From an uncultured delta proteobacterium (GTDB lineage Bacteria; Myxococcota_A; Polyangia; Polyangiales; Polyangiaceae): 64,000 nt of DNA. Where the stretch lies: assembly GCA_963782055.1 (NCBI GenBank), contig CAWAIF010000003.1, forward strand, positions 3,424,001-3,488,000. The letters run 5' to 3'. The translations under genes were made by a program, and so were the position numbers. The stretch's first letter is position 1. Each line of letters begins with the position of its first letter. The notes under the pieces were generated by a model. That model was not told the DNA's origin. It did not search any database and saw only the letters and a program-made list of their open reading frames with translations. This document shows positions 45,867-57,904 of this stretch, piece after piece.

Positions 45867-47816
45867 TTGATCCCTCCCGAGACCATCGCCCTCATCCGCG
45901 AGCGGACCAACATCGTCGCGGTCATCCAGGAGAGCGTCCCGTCGCTGAAGAAGCGCGGGCGCTCGTGGGTGGGCCTGTGTCCGTTCCACAAGGAGAAGAC
46001 ACCGAGCTTCCACGTCAACCCGGACCGCGGCTTCTTCCACTGCTTCGGCTGCAAGGAGGGCGGCAGCGCCATCGACTTCCTGATGAAGCACGACGGCCTG
46101 ACCTTCCCGGAGGCGGTGCGCGATCTGGCCGAGCGCTGCGGCATCGAGGTGCGCGAGGAGGACCGCCCCGCGCCGGAGGCGGACCGGCAGCGCAAGCACA
46201 AGGACGATCTGTACGGCGTGCTGCAGGTGGCGGCGACGTTCTACGAGCAGATGCTGCGCGAGCACCCCGACCGCGCCTATGCGGTGGAAGAGCTGGAGAA
46301 GCGCGGCGTGGCGGGCGCCGACGCCGCCGACACCCTGCAGGCCTTCCGGATGGGCTACGCCCCCGGCGCGTGGGACGCCCTCGCGCAACACTTGAGGGGT
46401 CAAGGGATCTCCCCCGCGCTCGCCGAGCAGGTCGGGCTGCTGGTGCCGCGGCAGCAGGGCAGCGGTCACTACGACCGCTTCCGCCACCGCCTCATGTTCG
46501 CGGTGGTGGATCCGCAGGGCAGGGTGGTCGCCTTCAGCGGGCGCGCCCTGCGCGATCTGCCCGCGGAGCCAGGGGCGGCGCCGCGCGACCCGCCCCCCAA
46601 GTACATCAACTCCCCGGAGAGCCCGATCTACACCAAGGGCAACCTGCTCTTCGGGCTCTTCCAGGCGCGCCACGCCATCCGTCACGAGGACCTGGCGGTG
46701 CTGGTGGAGGGCAACTTCGACGTGGTGAGCCTCCACGCGCGCGGGATGACGAACGTCGTCGCCCCGCTCGGCACCGCCTTCACCGACGAGCAGGCGAAGC
46801 TGCTCCGCCGCTACGCCGGCAACGTGGTGCTCTGCTTCGACGGCGACGCGGCGGGCCGCAAGGCCACCGCCCTCGCCCGCGGGCCGCTCCGGGCGGCGGG
46901 TCTCGGTGCGCGCGTGGCCGCCCTGCCCGCCGGCTCCGATCCCGACGACCTCGCCCGCACCCGCGGCATCGACGCGGTCAAGGACGCCGTGGCGCAGGCC
47001 CGAGGCCTGCTCGAGTTCTTGCTGGAGGACCTGCTCGACGCCAACTTCAACAACGCCGACGCCTACGAGAAGTCGGCGCGCGTCCAGCACGTCGGCCGCG
47101 TGCTCGCCGAGGAAGACGATCCGCTCGTCCGGAGCACCCTCAAGCTGTACGTGGACCAGCTCGCCGGCCGCCTGGACCTGGTGACCCGCGATCAGGGGGG
47201 CAGGGGAGAGCGCTCGCCGGAGACCTTCCGGGCGCTGGAGGGGGCGGTGAAGCGCGCCCTCGCCCAGGCGCAGGCGCGGGACGCGCAGCGGGCGCAGCAA
47301 CCTTCGGGCCAGCGGCCCATGGCCCCGCAGCACGCCCGCGTTTCGTCGAGAAACCCGGGGGGAGCGGCGCGCGGGGCAATCGTCGGCGCGCTCATCGAGT
47401 ACCCCGAGCTGCTGACTGACCCTGGGGTGGAGGTCGCCTGCCAGCTGCTCGAGGGCGACTCGGCCCGTACCGTGGCCGCCCTGGCGGCCTGTACGAAAAG
47501 TTCGCCAGAGGGGGAAAAAACGCTAGACAGTGCTGAGTTTCTTGCGCAAATGCCTCCCGCGATCCATGCCTTTGCGGCCCAAAGGCTCGCGGCACCGCGC
47601 CTCGAGTCGGTGGACGAAGCGCGTGAGGTCGTCCTCTCCAATGCGGACAAGCTCAAGAGCATGATGGTGGAACGGCAGGCGAGCGAGCTGTCTCGCGAGC
47701 AGCGTCAAGCGGCGGACTGGGAGGCGGAGATCGAGCTCGCGCGTGAGGCCGAGCTGCAGGCGAAGGGCGCCCGAGGGCTCGGGCGGAACGACAAGGGTGG
47801 AGGAAGCGCCGGCTGA
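45867..47816 (+). CDS. dnaG: DNA primase
   Basis: CPFHKEKTPSF..FHCFGC, DRFRHRLMF, KYINSPE, VEGNFDV, FDGDAAG, DPDD. Confidence 0.96.
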   Translation: MIPPETIALIRERTNIVAVIQESVPSLKKRGRSWVGLCPFHKEKTPSFHVNPDRGFFHCFGCKEGGSAIDFLMKHDGLTFPEAVRDLAERCGIEVREEDRPAPEADRQRKHKDDLYGVLQVAATFYEQMLREHPDRAYAVEELEKRGVAGADAADTLQAFRMGYAPGAWDALAQHLRGQGISPALAEQVGLLVPRQQGSGHYDRFRHRLMFAVVDPQGRVVAFSGRALRDLPAEPGAAPRDPPPKYINSPESPIYTKGNLLFGLFQARHAIRHEDLAVLVEGNFDVVSLHARGMTNVVAPLGTAFTDEQAKLLRRYAGNVVLCFDGDAAGRKATALARGPLRAAGLGARVAALPAGSDPDDLARTRGIDAVKDAVAQARGLLEFLLEDLLDANFNNADAYEKSARVQHVGRVLAEEDDPLVRSTLKLYVDQLAGRLDLVTRDQGGRGERSPETFRALEGAVKRALAQAQARDAQRAQQPSGQRPMAPQHARVSSRNPGGAARGAIVGALIEYPELLTDPGVEVACQLLEGDSARTVAALAACTKSSPEGEKTLDSAEFLAQMPPAIHAFAAQRLAAPRLESVDEAREVVLSNADKLKSMMVERQASELSREQRQAADWEAEIELAREAELQAKGARGLGRNDKGGGSAG

Positions 47817-47909
47817 AGGCCGGCATGCGTCCGCGTGCGCGCGGGCGGAGACGTGGCAAGGTCCGTGTGGAACGGACGTGCGGGGCGACCCCAGGGAGCA
47901 TCGAGAAGC

Positions 47910-49730
<1,821 letters not shown>

Positions 49731-49857
49731 GGCCGGTCAGGTCGCAGGTCCGAGGGGCGGCACGCGCCGCTCCTCGGAGCCCAGGTCCATCGGGCGGGGT
49801 GGGCCCGGCGCTACGCGTCGGGCCTGCGGTGTCCTCGGGAGCTGGCGCGCGTGGCGG

Positions 49858-50250
49858 TCAGTTGGTCTGGGGATTCGCTGCGGGCGGGGGCTTGGCGGCC
49901 TCGGCCTTGGCGCGGTCGCGCGCGCCCATGATGCGCTCGACCTCCGCGTCCATCGTGCCGCGCAGCATCTTCGACCACATCACGAAGTCCGCCATGAGCG
50001 ACCACGCCGGGTACTTGAAGGTGGCCGGGCGGTTGCGCTCGATGAAGAAGTGCGAGACCCACGCGGGCCCGTAGCCGGCGAGCGGGGCGATGGCGAGCAG
50101 CCAGCGCTTGCGCAGCAGCACCGACGCGGCGACCGTGCCCATGGCGAGGCTGGTGCCGACGAAGTGGAAGGTCCTCGTGCTCTTCTTGGAGTGCTCGCAC
50201 ACGTAGTACGGCCAGAAATCCTCGAACGAACCGATGCGCTCCTTGCTCAT
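49858..50250 (-). CDS. DUF962/Mpo1-like membrane protein
   Basis: SFEDFWPYYVCEHS..HFVGT..GYGPAWVSHFFIERNRPATFKYP. Confidence 0.85.
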   Translation of the reverse strand: MSKERIGSFEDFWPYYVCEHSKKSTRTFHFVGTSLAMGTVAASVLLRKRWLLAIAPLAGYGPAWVSHFFIERNRPATFKYPAWSLMADFVMWSKMLRGTMDAEVERIMGARDRAKAEAAKPPPAANPQTN

Positions 50251-50298
50251 GGTCGCCAGCATGGCCGCGGCCGCCGGCTTTGTCTACCGTCGGTGCTC

Positions 50299-50934
50299 GT
50301 GACACCCGCGCCCTCCCGTCCCGCCAGCCCGGGCCGCGCGCCGCCTGCGCGCGGGCGCAGGTGGCGCGGTGCACTCGTGCTCGCCGCGCTGGTGGTGGGC
50401 ACCGCCTCGTGCGAGCGGGGGTGTCTGTCGACGTGGCTGAAGCACAGGGGCGTGGGGGCCCCGAAGGAGGATCCCATCGCGCGCACCGACTGCCCTCCCG
50501 GGCTGGCACGGTGCGTCGAGTCGCCGGCGACCGGCGCACCGGGCGCGCGGGTGGGGAAGGTGGAGCTCTCCGAGGGAGAGTCGGTCTGCAGCACGTGCGC
50601 GTGCCCCTGGCACACCGCCGTCACCTGCGAGGGGGGGTGCGCAGCGGCAGGAGTGGTGCTGGTGCGCGAAGCCAGGGACGCCCGCGGTCTGTGCGCCAGC
50701 CGCCCCGGCGACGCCTTCTTCCGCACCCCCCCGGCGAGCGCGCCGCCGGTGCGCTGCGACGCCCACGGCGAACGCTTCGTCTGCCGCGGCGCGGTCGTCG
50801 CCGCCTGCCCGGGTGCCGAGGGCGTGCCGGTGGCCAACTGCGACTACGGGTGCGTCAGCGAAGGGGAGACCCTCGACGACCCTGCGGTCGACGTGCGCGC
50901 CGCCACCGCGCTCCTCTGCAAGCGATCGCCATGA
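50299..50934 (+). CDS. Cys-rich lipoprotein (start uncertain)
   Basis: LVVGTASC lipobox-like sequence, many Cys. Confidence 0.6.
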   Translation: MTPAPSRPASPGRAPPARGRRWRGALVLAALVVGTASCERGCLSTWLKHRGVGAPKEDPIARTDCPPGLARCVESPATGAPGARVGKVELSEGESVCSTCACPWHTAVTCEGGCAAAGVVLVREARDARGLCASRPGDAFFRTPPASAPPVRCDAHGERFVCRGAVVAACPGAEGVPVANCDYGCVSEGETLDDPAVDVRAATALLCKRSP

Positions 50935-51480
50935 CGCAGGTGTCGCGGTGAGCGGTGGTGGAGGGTCCACCCCCGGCGCCCGGCGTCGATGACGCACTGC
51001 ACGAGCGCCGCGAAAGAGTGAAGCGGGCGACGCGCGTAGCGCGAGCCACACCGCCGCCGGCCGCAGGCCGCGCGCGTGCGAGCATCCGGTTCGCGCACCG
51101 AGCGCGGGGACGGGCGTTCGTTGCGCCCACGCGGTTTCGCGCTAGACTTCAAATCAAGAAGTCATTCCGGGTTTCTCTGCGGAATGACAGCGGCACGCGC
51201 GAAGCGCACGTCCAAAAAGGTGACGCGCGTGACCGCCGGATCCTACGATTCGTACTGGCCGTCTTTCGGCCGCGCCGGCGGGCGCGGCGGCGGACGGCTT
51301 CAGGAGCGATGTGCCCACGGATGAGCCGCTGGCGACGCCGCTCCCGGGCGGCCGGCCGGCGGTACGCGGTCGAGGGCCAGGGTTCGCCCTGCGCCCGCAA
51401 GCCCAGGCGTTGGCCGAGGACTTGCTTTGCATGAGAGCGATGCCCGAAAGGACGTGAGACCGCCAGGGAGGTGGCAGGCA

Positions 51481-52449
51481 ATGAGATGGGTAGGTTTCGG
51501 CGTTGTGGCGATCGCGGGCACGCTGGTCTTCGGCGTGGTCTCCGGCCACGCCAGTGAGCGGGGCTCGCGGGGACTGCCCTCGACGCCGGCCACCGTCGCG
51601 CCCGCCGCGCCCGCTGCGCCCGCCGCGCCCACCGCGCCTGCGCCCGACGCGTCCGTCGCGCCTGCACCCGCCACGCTCGCCAACGCGGGCGTCAAGACCA
51701 CCACCACGCCCTCCCTGGACGCCCCCGCTTCATGCCCGGCGGGCATGGTCGAGGTGGACGGGCAGTACTGCCCCTTCGTGGAGCAGAAGTGCCTTCGCTG
51801 GCTGGACCCGGAAACGCACATGCGCTGCGCGGAGTTCGAGCCGACGCCGCACTGCGCCACCCGCACGCTGCGCCGGCACTTCTGCATCGACGAGTACGAG
51901 TACCCCAATCAAGCGGGCGCCAAGCCGCAGGTGATGGTCACCTGGACACAGGCGCGCGACGCCTGCGAGGCCGAGGGCAAGCGCCTCTGCAACGAGAGCG
52001 AGTGGACGCTGGCCTGCGAGGGTCAGGAGCACCTGCCGTACCCGTACGGCTACGCGCGGAACGCGGACGCCTGCAACATCGACCGGCCGCACCCGGTGCC
52101 CAACGAGCGCGCCCTCGTCAACCCCAGGACGCGTGACGCGGAGATCGCGCGGCTGGACCAGCGCGATCCGTCGGGCTCGCGTGAGTCGTGCGTGAGCCCC
52201 TATGGCGTGCACGACATGACCGGCAACGTGGACGAGTGGGTCGTCAACCAGAGCGGCCATCCGTACAGGAGCGGCCTCAAGGGCGGCTACTGGGGCCCGG
52301 TGCGTGATCGCTGCCGGCCGATGACCGTCGCCCACGACGAGAATTTCGCCTTCTACCAGATCGGCTTCCGCTGCTGCGGCGACCCCGGCGTGCACACCGG
52401 CGGCAACGGGAAGGCCGCGGCCGCGGTCACCAGCCTGGCCGGCACCTGA
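51481..52449 (+). CDS. FGE-sulfatase (SUMF1-like) domain secreted protein
   Basis: CPAGMVEV, FCIDEYEYP, GKRLCNESEW, YGVHDMTGNVDEWV, IGFRCC. Confidence 0.88.
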   Translation: MRWVGFGVVAIAGTLVFGVVSGHASERGSRGLPSTPATVAPAAPAAPAAPTAPAPDASVAPAPATLANAGVKTTTTPSLDAPASCPAGMVEVDGQYCPFVEQKCLRWLDPETHMRCAEFEPTPHCATRTLRRHFCIDEYEYPNQAGAKPQVMVTWTQARDACEAEGKRLCNESEWTLACEGQEHLPYPYGYARNADACNIDRPHPVPNERALVNPRTRDAEIARLDQRDPSGSRESCVSPYGVHDMTGNVDEWVVNQSGHPYRSGLKGGYWGPVRDRCRPMTVAHDENFAFYQIGFRCCGDPGVHTGGNGKAAAAVTSLAGT

Positions 52450-52550
52450 GGTCGCCACCCCGAGGGGCCACTCCGCCGACGGGGCGCGTGGCCTTTGCGC
52501 GCGCCGTTTCCACCCGATCGCGCTACACTTTCGTCGGCGGAGGTGTGCCG

Positions 52551-54383
52551 ATGAATCGCTTGCTTTGGGGGCTGGGCTGCGTCGCCGCCCTGGCGCTGGT
52601 GGCGTGTGGTGGGGACGACAGCCGGTTCGACCAGGACGGCGGCGGCATGGATGGCGGCGGCATGGATGGTGGCGTCCCCCCCGACGACGGTGGCTTCAAC
52701 TTCGGCGACGCGACGCCAGGTGACGGCGGCGGCGTCACCAACGGCTGCAGCCCCGACCTGCGCAACGTCATCGACGGCAACGGCCAGATCCTGAAGACGT
52801 GCCCGCCCGACGAGGGGTGCTCGGGAGGCCAGTGCGTGCCGGCGTGCCAGGCCGCGGGCGAGGCGAAGGGGAGCGTCGGCTGCGACTTCATGGTCGCGAC
52901 GCCCTCCTTCTTCGCCGACCTCTACCCCTCGTACTTCTCGCCGTGCCTCACCGTCTTCATCGCCAACAACTGGCCGAAGGACGTGACGCTCACGGTCTCG
53001 CGCGCGGGCACCAGCTACGACATCAGCAAGTTCGGCCGGATCTCGCAGACGGGCGTCGCCCCCGCGCAATGGGCCGCCATCCCGACGACGGGCATCCCGC
53101 CGGGCAAGGTGGGCGTGCTCTTCATGGAGAGCAATCCGTCCAGCAACTACAAGTGTCCGGCGGGCCCGGCCCTGCTGCAGGGCACGGAGGTGAAGGGTAC
53201 CGGCCGCGGCCAGGCGTGGCACATCGCCACCAGCCTCCCGGTGAGCGGCTACGACATCCTTCCCTTCGGTGGCGCCAGCTCCTTCCTCCCCGGCGCCACG
53301 CTCCTGCTGCCGACGACGGCGTGGGGCAACAACTACGTCGGCGTCGTGCCGAAGCTGGGGAGCGGCAGCCAGGCCAACTCCGGCGGCCCGCACTGGGGAC
53401 AGGTGGTGGCGACGGAGGACAACACGCAGGTGGACATCGTTCCGACGGTCGCGCTGCCTGCCGGCACCAACGTCGTCGCGGCCCCCAAGAACGTGAAGAC
53501 CACCTACACGCTCAACGCGGGGGAGTACATCCAGTGGCAGGCCGCCTTCAGCTACGGCGGCAACCCGGCCAGCCAGCCGATGGATATGTCCGGCAGCATC
53601 ATCGCCAGCAGCAAGCCGGTCGCCTTCAACGGCGGCAACGGCTACCTGTGTCTCGGGTCGCAGACCTCCACCGGCGGCGGGTGCGACTCCGACCACGAGC
53701 AGATCCCGCCGGTCAGCGCGCTCGGCTCGGAGTACGCGGTGCTGCCGTACGAGAGCCGGTCCAACAGCGGCTTCGAGTCGGTCCCGTACCGGTTCGTCGG
53801 CACCGTGGACGGCACCACGCTCACCTACGATCCGCAGGTCAGCGGCGCTCCCACCACGCTGAAGCTGGGGCAGATGGTGGAGTTCGAGGCGAAGGGGCCC
53901 TTCGTCGTGAAGAGCCAGGACGCGCAGCACCCGTTTTACATCGGCATGATGATGACCGGCTGCTTCGTCACCAACAGCAACGGCTGCCTCGGCGACGAGG
54001 ACTACGTGAACGTGCTGCCGCCCGCGCAGTTCCTGTCCAAGTACGTCTTTTACTCCGACGTCACCTACTCGACGACGGTCTTCCCCATCGTGCGCGTCAA
54101 GACGCCGAGTGGCTTCAAGGACGTCGACGTGGACTGCATCGGCAACGTGACGGGGTGGAAGCCCATCGGCAGCGGCGGTCAGTACGAGTATGCCTACGCC
54201 GACATCGTCAAGGGCGGCCAGCCGCAGGGCAACAACTGCCAGAACGGCCCGCACACCGCGTCGAGCGACGGCCCCTTCGGCCTGACGGTCTGGGGCCTGG
54301 ACTCGGCCGCGTCGTACGGCTACCCGGCGGGCGGGAACGTGGCGTCGATCAACACGGTGTACATCCCGCCGACCCCGCACTGA
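52551..54383 (+). CDS. IgGFc-binding-protein N-terminal domain lipoprotein
   Basis: LVAC lipobox; ATLLLPTTAWGNNY, VVATEDNTQV, SSKPVAFNGG, DHEQIPPVSALGSEY, SYGYPAG. Confidence 0.85.
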   Translation: MNRLLWGLGCVAALALVACGGDDSRFDQDGGGMDGGGMDGGVPPDDGGFNFGDATPGDGGGVTNGCSPDLRNVIDGNGQILKTCPPDEGCSGGQCVPACQAAGEAKGSVGCDFMVATPSFFADLYPSYFSPCLTVFIANNWPKDVTLTVSRAGTSYDISKFGRISQTGVAPAQWAAIPTTGIPPGKVGVLFMESNPSSNYKCPAGPALLQGTEVKGTGRGQAWHIATSLPVSGYDILPFGGASSFLPGATLLLPTTAWGNNYVGVVPKLGSGSQANSGGPHWGQVVATEDNTQVDIVPTVALPAGTNVVAAPKNVKTTYTLNAGEYIQWQAAFSYGGNPASQPMDMSGSIIASSKPVAFNGGNGYLCLGSQTSTGGGCDSDHEQIPPVSALGSEYAVLPYESRSNSGFESVPYRFVGTVDGTTLTYDPQVSGAPTTLKLGQMVEFEAKGPFVVKSQDAQHPFYIGMMMTGCFVTNSNGCLGDEDYVNVLPPAQFLSKYVFYSDVTYSTTVFPIVRVKTPSGFKDVDVDCIGNVTGWKPIGSGGQYEYAYADIVKGGQPQGNNCQNGPHTASSDGPFGLTVWGLDSAASYGYPAGGNVASINTVYIPPTPH

Positions 54384-54942
54384 GCCCACCGGTGGGACCG
54401 CGGCGCCCCTCGCGGCGCCGCGCCCGGCGCGCCGTCTCTTGATCTCGCACCCACCAGAGGCTCCCGAGGCGGTCCAGGTCGGCCGCGTCGCCGAAGCCGT
54501 CTCGAATGCGCAGGCAGAGCACCTGGAGGTGCCGGCGGGCGCGGACGCACGCGCGTTGTGCGGGCCAGCGCCGCTCGCCGGGGGCGAGCGCGCCGTCGAG
54601 CGCCAGCCCGACGTGGCCGACCAGCACGAGCCCGTAGAAGGCGCGGCGCACGCGGCCGCGCCCCTCCGGCGTCAGCGCGACCAGGATGTCGCGCCCGTCA
54701 CGCCGCCGCGTCACGAGCCCCAGCCGCTCGAGCGACCGCATCATCACGCTGATGGTGGAGCGCGCGACGCCGAGTCCGCGTCGAAGGTTGCTCTGAAGGT
54801 GAACGCGGCGCGCCCCGAGCCGGTACATCGCGTCGAGAAGGTCGAACCGCGCTGCGGTGAGCCCCATCGCCGCCAGCGCCCGCCGCGTGAGCTTCAGCGT
54901 CGCGTAGTAAGCCCGCTTGATGGTGAAGAACACAGGGTCCAT
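54349..54942 (-). CDS. MarR-family regulator
   Basis: GLTAARFDLL, LGVARSTISVMMRSLERLGLVTR, VALTPEGR; 3' end overlaps the convergent gene. Confidence 0.75.
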   Translation of the reverse strand: MDPVFFTIKRAYYATLKLTRRALAAMGLTAARFDLLDAMYRLGARRVHLQSNLRRGLGVARSTISVMMRSLERLGLVTRRRDGRDILVALTPEGRGRVRRAFYGLVLVGHVGLALDGALAPGERRWPAQRACVRARRHLQVLCLRIRDGFGDAADLDRLGSLWWVRDQETARRARRREGRRGPTGGLSAGSAGCTPC

Positions 54943-55152
54943 CCCCTCACCATCAGCACACCCCATGCCACCCCCCCCTCTCTCCAGATTCCCGCTGAAA
55001 CGTCGAATTGCAAGCATGCCTGCCGTTCGACGTTTGGTGTCCGGGGACAGGAAGGGGGGACAGGGGGGACAGGGGGGCGGGTCGTCGAAGGCGGGGCGGC
55101 TGGGGGCCTCGCCTGGCCTCGCGCGCAGGAGGAGGTCAGGGGGAGGGGAAGA

Positions 55153-57759
55153 TCAATCCCACCGCACGAGGGAGGTCTCGTACGGGTGGCTCATCGCCGC
55201 GTTCCACGGCATCACGCGCACCGCGAAGGCGTGGGCCCCGCTCTCCTGCGTCGGGATGTGGCCCGCGTACCGGTAGCGCCCGGGGCTCTCGGCGCTCTGG
55301 ACCTTCATCCGGACGAGCTCCCCGTGCGACAGCTCGTGCGAGCCCCCGGTCGGGCCGTGATAGAGCTCCACCACCACGTCCTCCGGCGCGAGCTTGCCGA
55401 GCTCCACGATCGCCGTCACCGGCACGTCGTCGCCCACCATCACCTGGTCGGCCGACTCCTTGGTCACCTGCGTGATGCGCACGCCCTCCCACCCGGCGTG
55501 CACACGCTCCTTCCACGCCGTCAGCTCCCGCGCGCCGCGCAGGTCCTCGTCGATCATGCGATGCCACAGCTTGTGGGAAGGTACGTAGTAGCGCTCGGTG
55601 TACTGCCGCACCATGCGCGCGGTGTTGTAGGCGGGCGTGAGCATGGCGATGGCGTGCTTCATCTTGCGGATCCACGCGCGCGGCAGGTCGTCCACGTCGC
55701 GCTCGCGGGCCGGCTGCGGGTGCACCATGCTTCGAGGCTCGCGCCGGAAGAAGAGGGGGACCACCTCGCGCTCCAGCAGGTCGTAGAGTAGCTCGGCCTC
55801 CACGGCGTCGCCGGTGCCGTCGGGATACTCCTCGCCGCGGCCGATCGCCCAGCCGACGTCGCGGCCATGGTCCCGCCAGGCCTCCGCCCACCAGCCGTCC
55901 AGCACGCTCGCGTTGAGCGCCCCGTTGGCTGCCGCCTTCATGCCGCTGGTGCCGCTGGCCTCGTGCGGGCGGCGCGGCGTATTCAGCCACACGTCCACCC
56001 CGGACACCATGGTGCGAGCGATGCGCATGTCGTAGTCCTCGATGAACACGACGCGCCCCGTGAGGCCCTCCTTGCGTGCGGCGTGGACGATCGTCCGGAT
56101 GAGCTCCTTGCCGCCCTTGTCCTGCGGATGGGCCTTGCCGGCGAAGACGAGCTGCACGGGGTGGTGCGGGTCGCCCAGCAGCCGCTTCACCCTGTCCAGG
56201 TCGGAGAAGAGCAGCGCCGCGCGCTTGTAGGTCGCGAACCGCCGGGCGAAGCCGATGGTCAGCGCCCCCGGGTCCAGCACCTCCTCGGCCGCGGAGATCT
56301 CCTCACGCGACTGCCCGCGCCGCTCGGCCGCGTTGCGCAGCCACCGCCGGCACAGCTTCACCAGCCGGTGGCGCCTGTGCTCGTGCACCTGCCACAGCTC
56401 CGCGTCGGGGATCTCGTAGGTGCGCGCCCAGATGTTCGCGTCGTCCGGCGTCTCCTGCCAGCGCGGGCCGAGGTAGCGCGAGTAGAGGGCGCCCATCTCG
56501 TCGGAGACCCACGAGGCGATGTGCACCCCGTTGGTGACGGCCTGGATGGGGATCTCGTGCTCCGGCACGTCCGGCCAGAGGTCCTTCCACATCCGGCGCG
56601 AGATGTCCCCGTGGAGCGCGCTCACGCCGTTGTAGTGGTCGGAGGCATGGATGGCGAGCACCGGCATCTGGAACTGCGAGGCGGTGTCCGCGGGGTCCAC
56701 GCGGCCCAGGGCGAGGAGCTGGTCCTCGGTGATGCCGAGCGCCGCGCGGTACGGCTCCAGGTACTTGCACACCAGGTCCGGGGCGAAGCTATCGTTGCCC
56801 GCGGGCACCGGCGTGTGCGTCGTGAAGACGTTCTGCGCGGTGCACGCCTCGCTCGCCACGGCGAAGCTCGCGCCGCGGTCGCGCACCAGCCGGCCGATAC
56901 GCTCGATGGCGAGAAACGCCGAGTGCCCCTCGTTCATGTGGCAGACCGTGGGGGAGAGGCCCATCGCCTCCAGCGCGTGCACGCCGCCGATGCCCAGCAT
57001 GATCTCCTGCCGGACGCGGAACTCCTGATCGCCGCCGTAGAGCGGTCCGGTGATCGCGCGGTCCTCCTCCGCGTTCTGCGCCAGGTTGGCGTCCAGCAAG
57101 AAGAGCGGCACCCGCCCCACCTGCACCCGCCAGAGCTGCGCGAACACCGTGCGATCGGGGTACGCCACGCGGATGACCAGCCGCTGCTTACCCGTGCCGT
57201 CCATCACCGGCTGGACCGGAAGGCGGTGCCAGTCGTTGATGGGGTAGCGCTCCTGCTGCCAGCCGTCCTCGTTGAGCGCCTGGCGGAAGTAGCCCTCGGC
57301 GTAGGCCAGGCCCACGCCCACCAGCGGTAGCCCCAGGTCGCTGGCCGTCTTGAGGTGGTCGCCCGCGAGCACGCCGAGGCCTCCGGAGTAGACGGGGAGC
57401 GACTCGTGCAGGCCGTATTCCATCGAGAAGTAGGCGATGCGCGCGCCGGCCGCCTCCGGGAAGTGCTTGGCGAACCAGCCCTCCCTCGAGAGGTAGCGGT
57501 CGAGAGCCTGGTAGGCCATGTCCAGGTGGGCCAGGAAGGCGTCGTCGGTCGCCATCTCGTCCAGCCGCTTCTGCTCCACGCGGGTGAGCAGCTCGATGGG
57601 GTTGCCGTGGACCTGCTCCCAGAGCTCTCCGTCGATGCGCAGGAACAGCTCCCGGGCCTCGAGCGACCAGGCCCACCACAGGTTGGTGGAGAGGGTGCGG
57701 AGCCGCTCCAGGGCGGCGGGCAGCTTCGGAATTACTGTGTACGTACGCAGGGTCGGCAT
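55153..57759 (-). CDS. glgP: Alpha-glucan (glycogen) phosphorylase
   Basis: NLWWAW, YFSMEYG..YSGGLGVLAGD, HMNEGH, FARRFATYKR, PLP site EASGTSGMK. Confidence 0.96.
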   Translation of the reverse strand: MPTLRTYTVIPKLPAALERLRTLSTNLWWAWSLEARELFLRIDGELWEQVHGNPIELLTRVEQKRLDEMATDDAFLAHLDMAYQALDRYLSREGWFAKHFPEAAGARIAYFSMEYGLHESLPVYSGGLGVLAGDHLKTASDLGLPLVGVGLAYAEGYFRQALNEDGWQQERYPINDWHRLPVQPVMDGTGKQRLVIRVAYPDRTVFAQLWRVQVGRVPLFLLDANLAQNAEEDRAITGPLYGGDQEFRVRQEIMLGIGGVHALEAMGLSPTVCHMNEGHSAFLAIERIGRLVRDRGASFAVASEACTAQNVFTTHTPVPAGNDSFAPDLVCKYLEPYRAALGITEDQLLALGRVDPADTASQFQMPVLAIHASDHYNGVSALHGDISRRMWKDLWPDVPEHEIPIQAVTNGVHIASWVSDEMGALYSRYLGPRWQETPDDANIWARTYEIPDAELWQVHEHRRHRLVKLCRRWLRNAAERRGQSREEISAAEEVLDPGALTIGFARRFATYKRAALLFSDLDRVKRLLGDPHHPVQLVFAGKAHPQDKGGKELIRTIVHAARKEGLTGRVVFIEDYDMRIARTMVSGVDVWLNTPRRPHEASGTSGMKAAANGALNASVLDGWWAEAWRDHGRDVGWAIGRGEEYPDGTGDAVEAELLYDLLEREVVPLFFRREPRSMVHPQPARERDVDDLPRAWIRKMKHAIAMLTPAYNTARMVRQYTERYYVPSHKLWHRMIDEDLRGARELTAWKERVHAGWEGVRITQVTKESADQVMVGDDVPVTAIVELGKLAPEDVVVELYHGPTGGSHELSHGELVRMKVQSAESPGRYRYAGHIPTQESGAHAFAVRVMPWNAAMSHPYETSLVRWD

Positions 57760-57904
57760 CGCGCGCAGCATAGAGCACCTGCCTCGCCACGAGCCAGGGG
57801 AAACGTAACTCAGGTCTGAGTGACGAATGTGCGGCGGCCCTCAGTTTCGCGCCCGACGCCCCGGCGGGAAGAGTGCGATCGCAGGCGGCGCGTACCCCCC
57901 GTGA

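Noticed and set aside
55009..55024. Sigma54 promoter for marR
   Set aside because: On the minus strand GG and GC are 11 nt apart instead of the strict 10.
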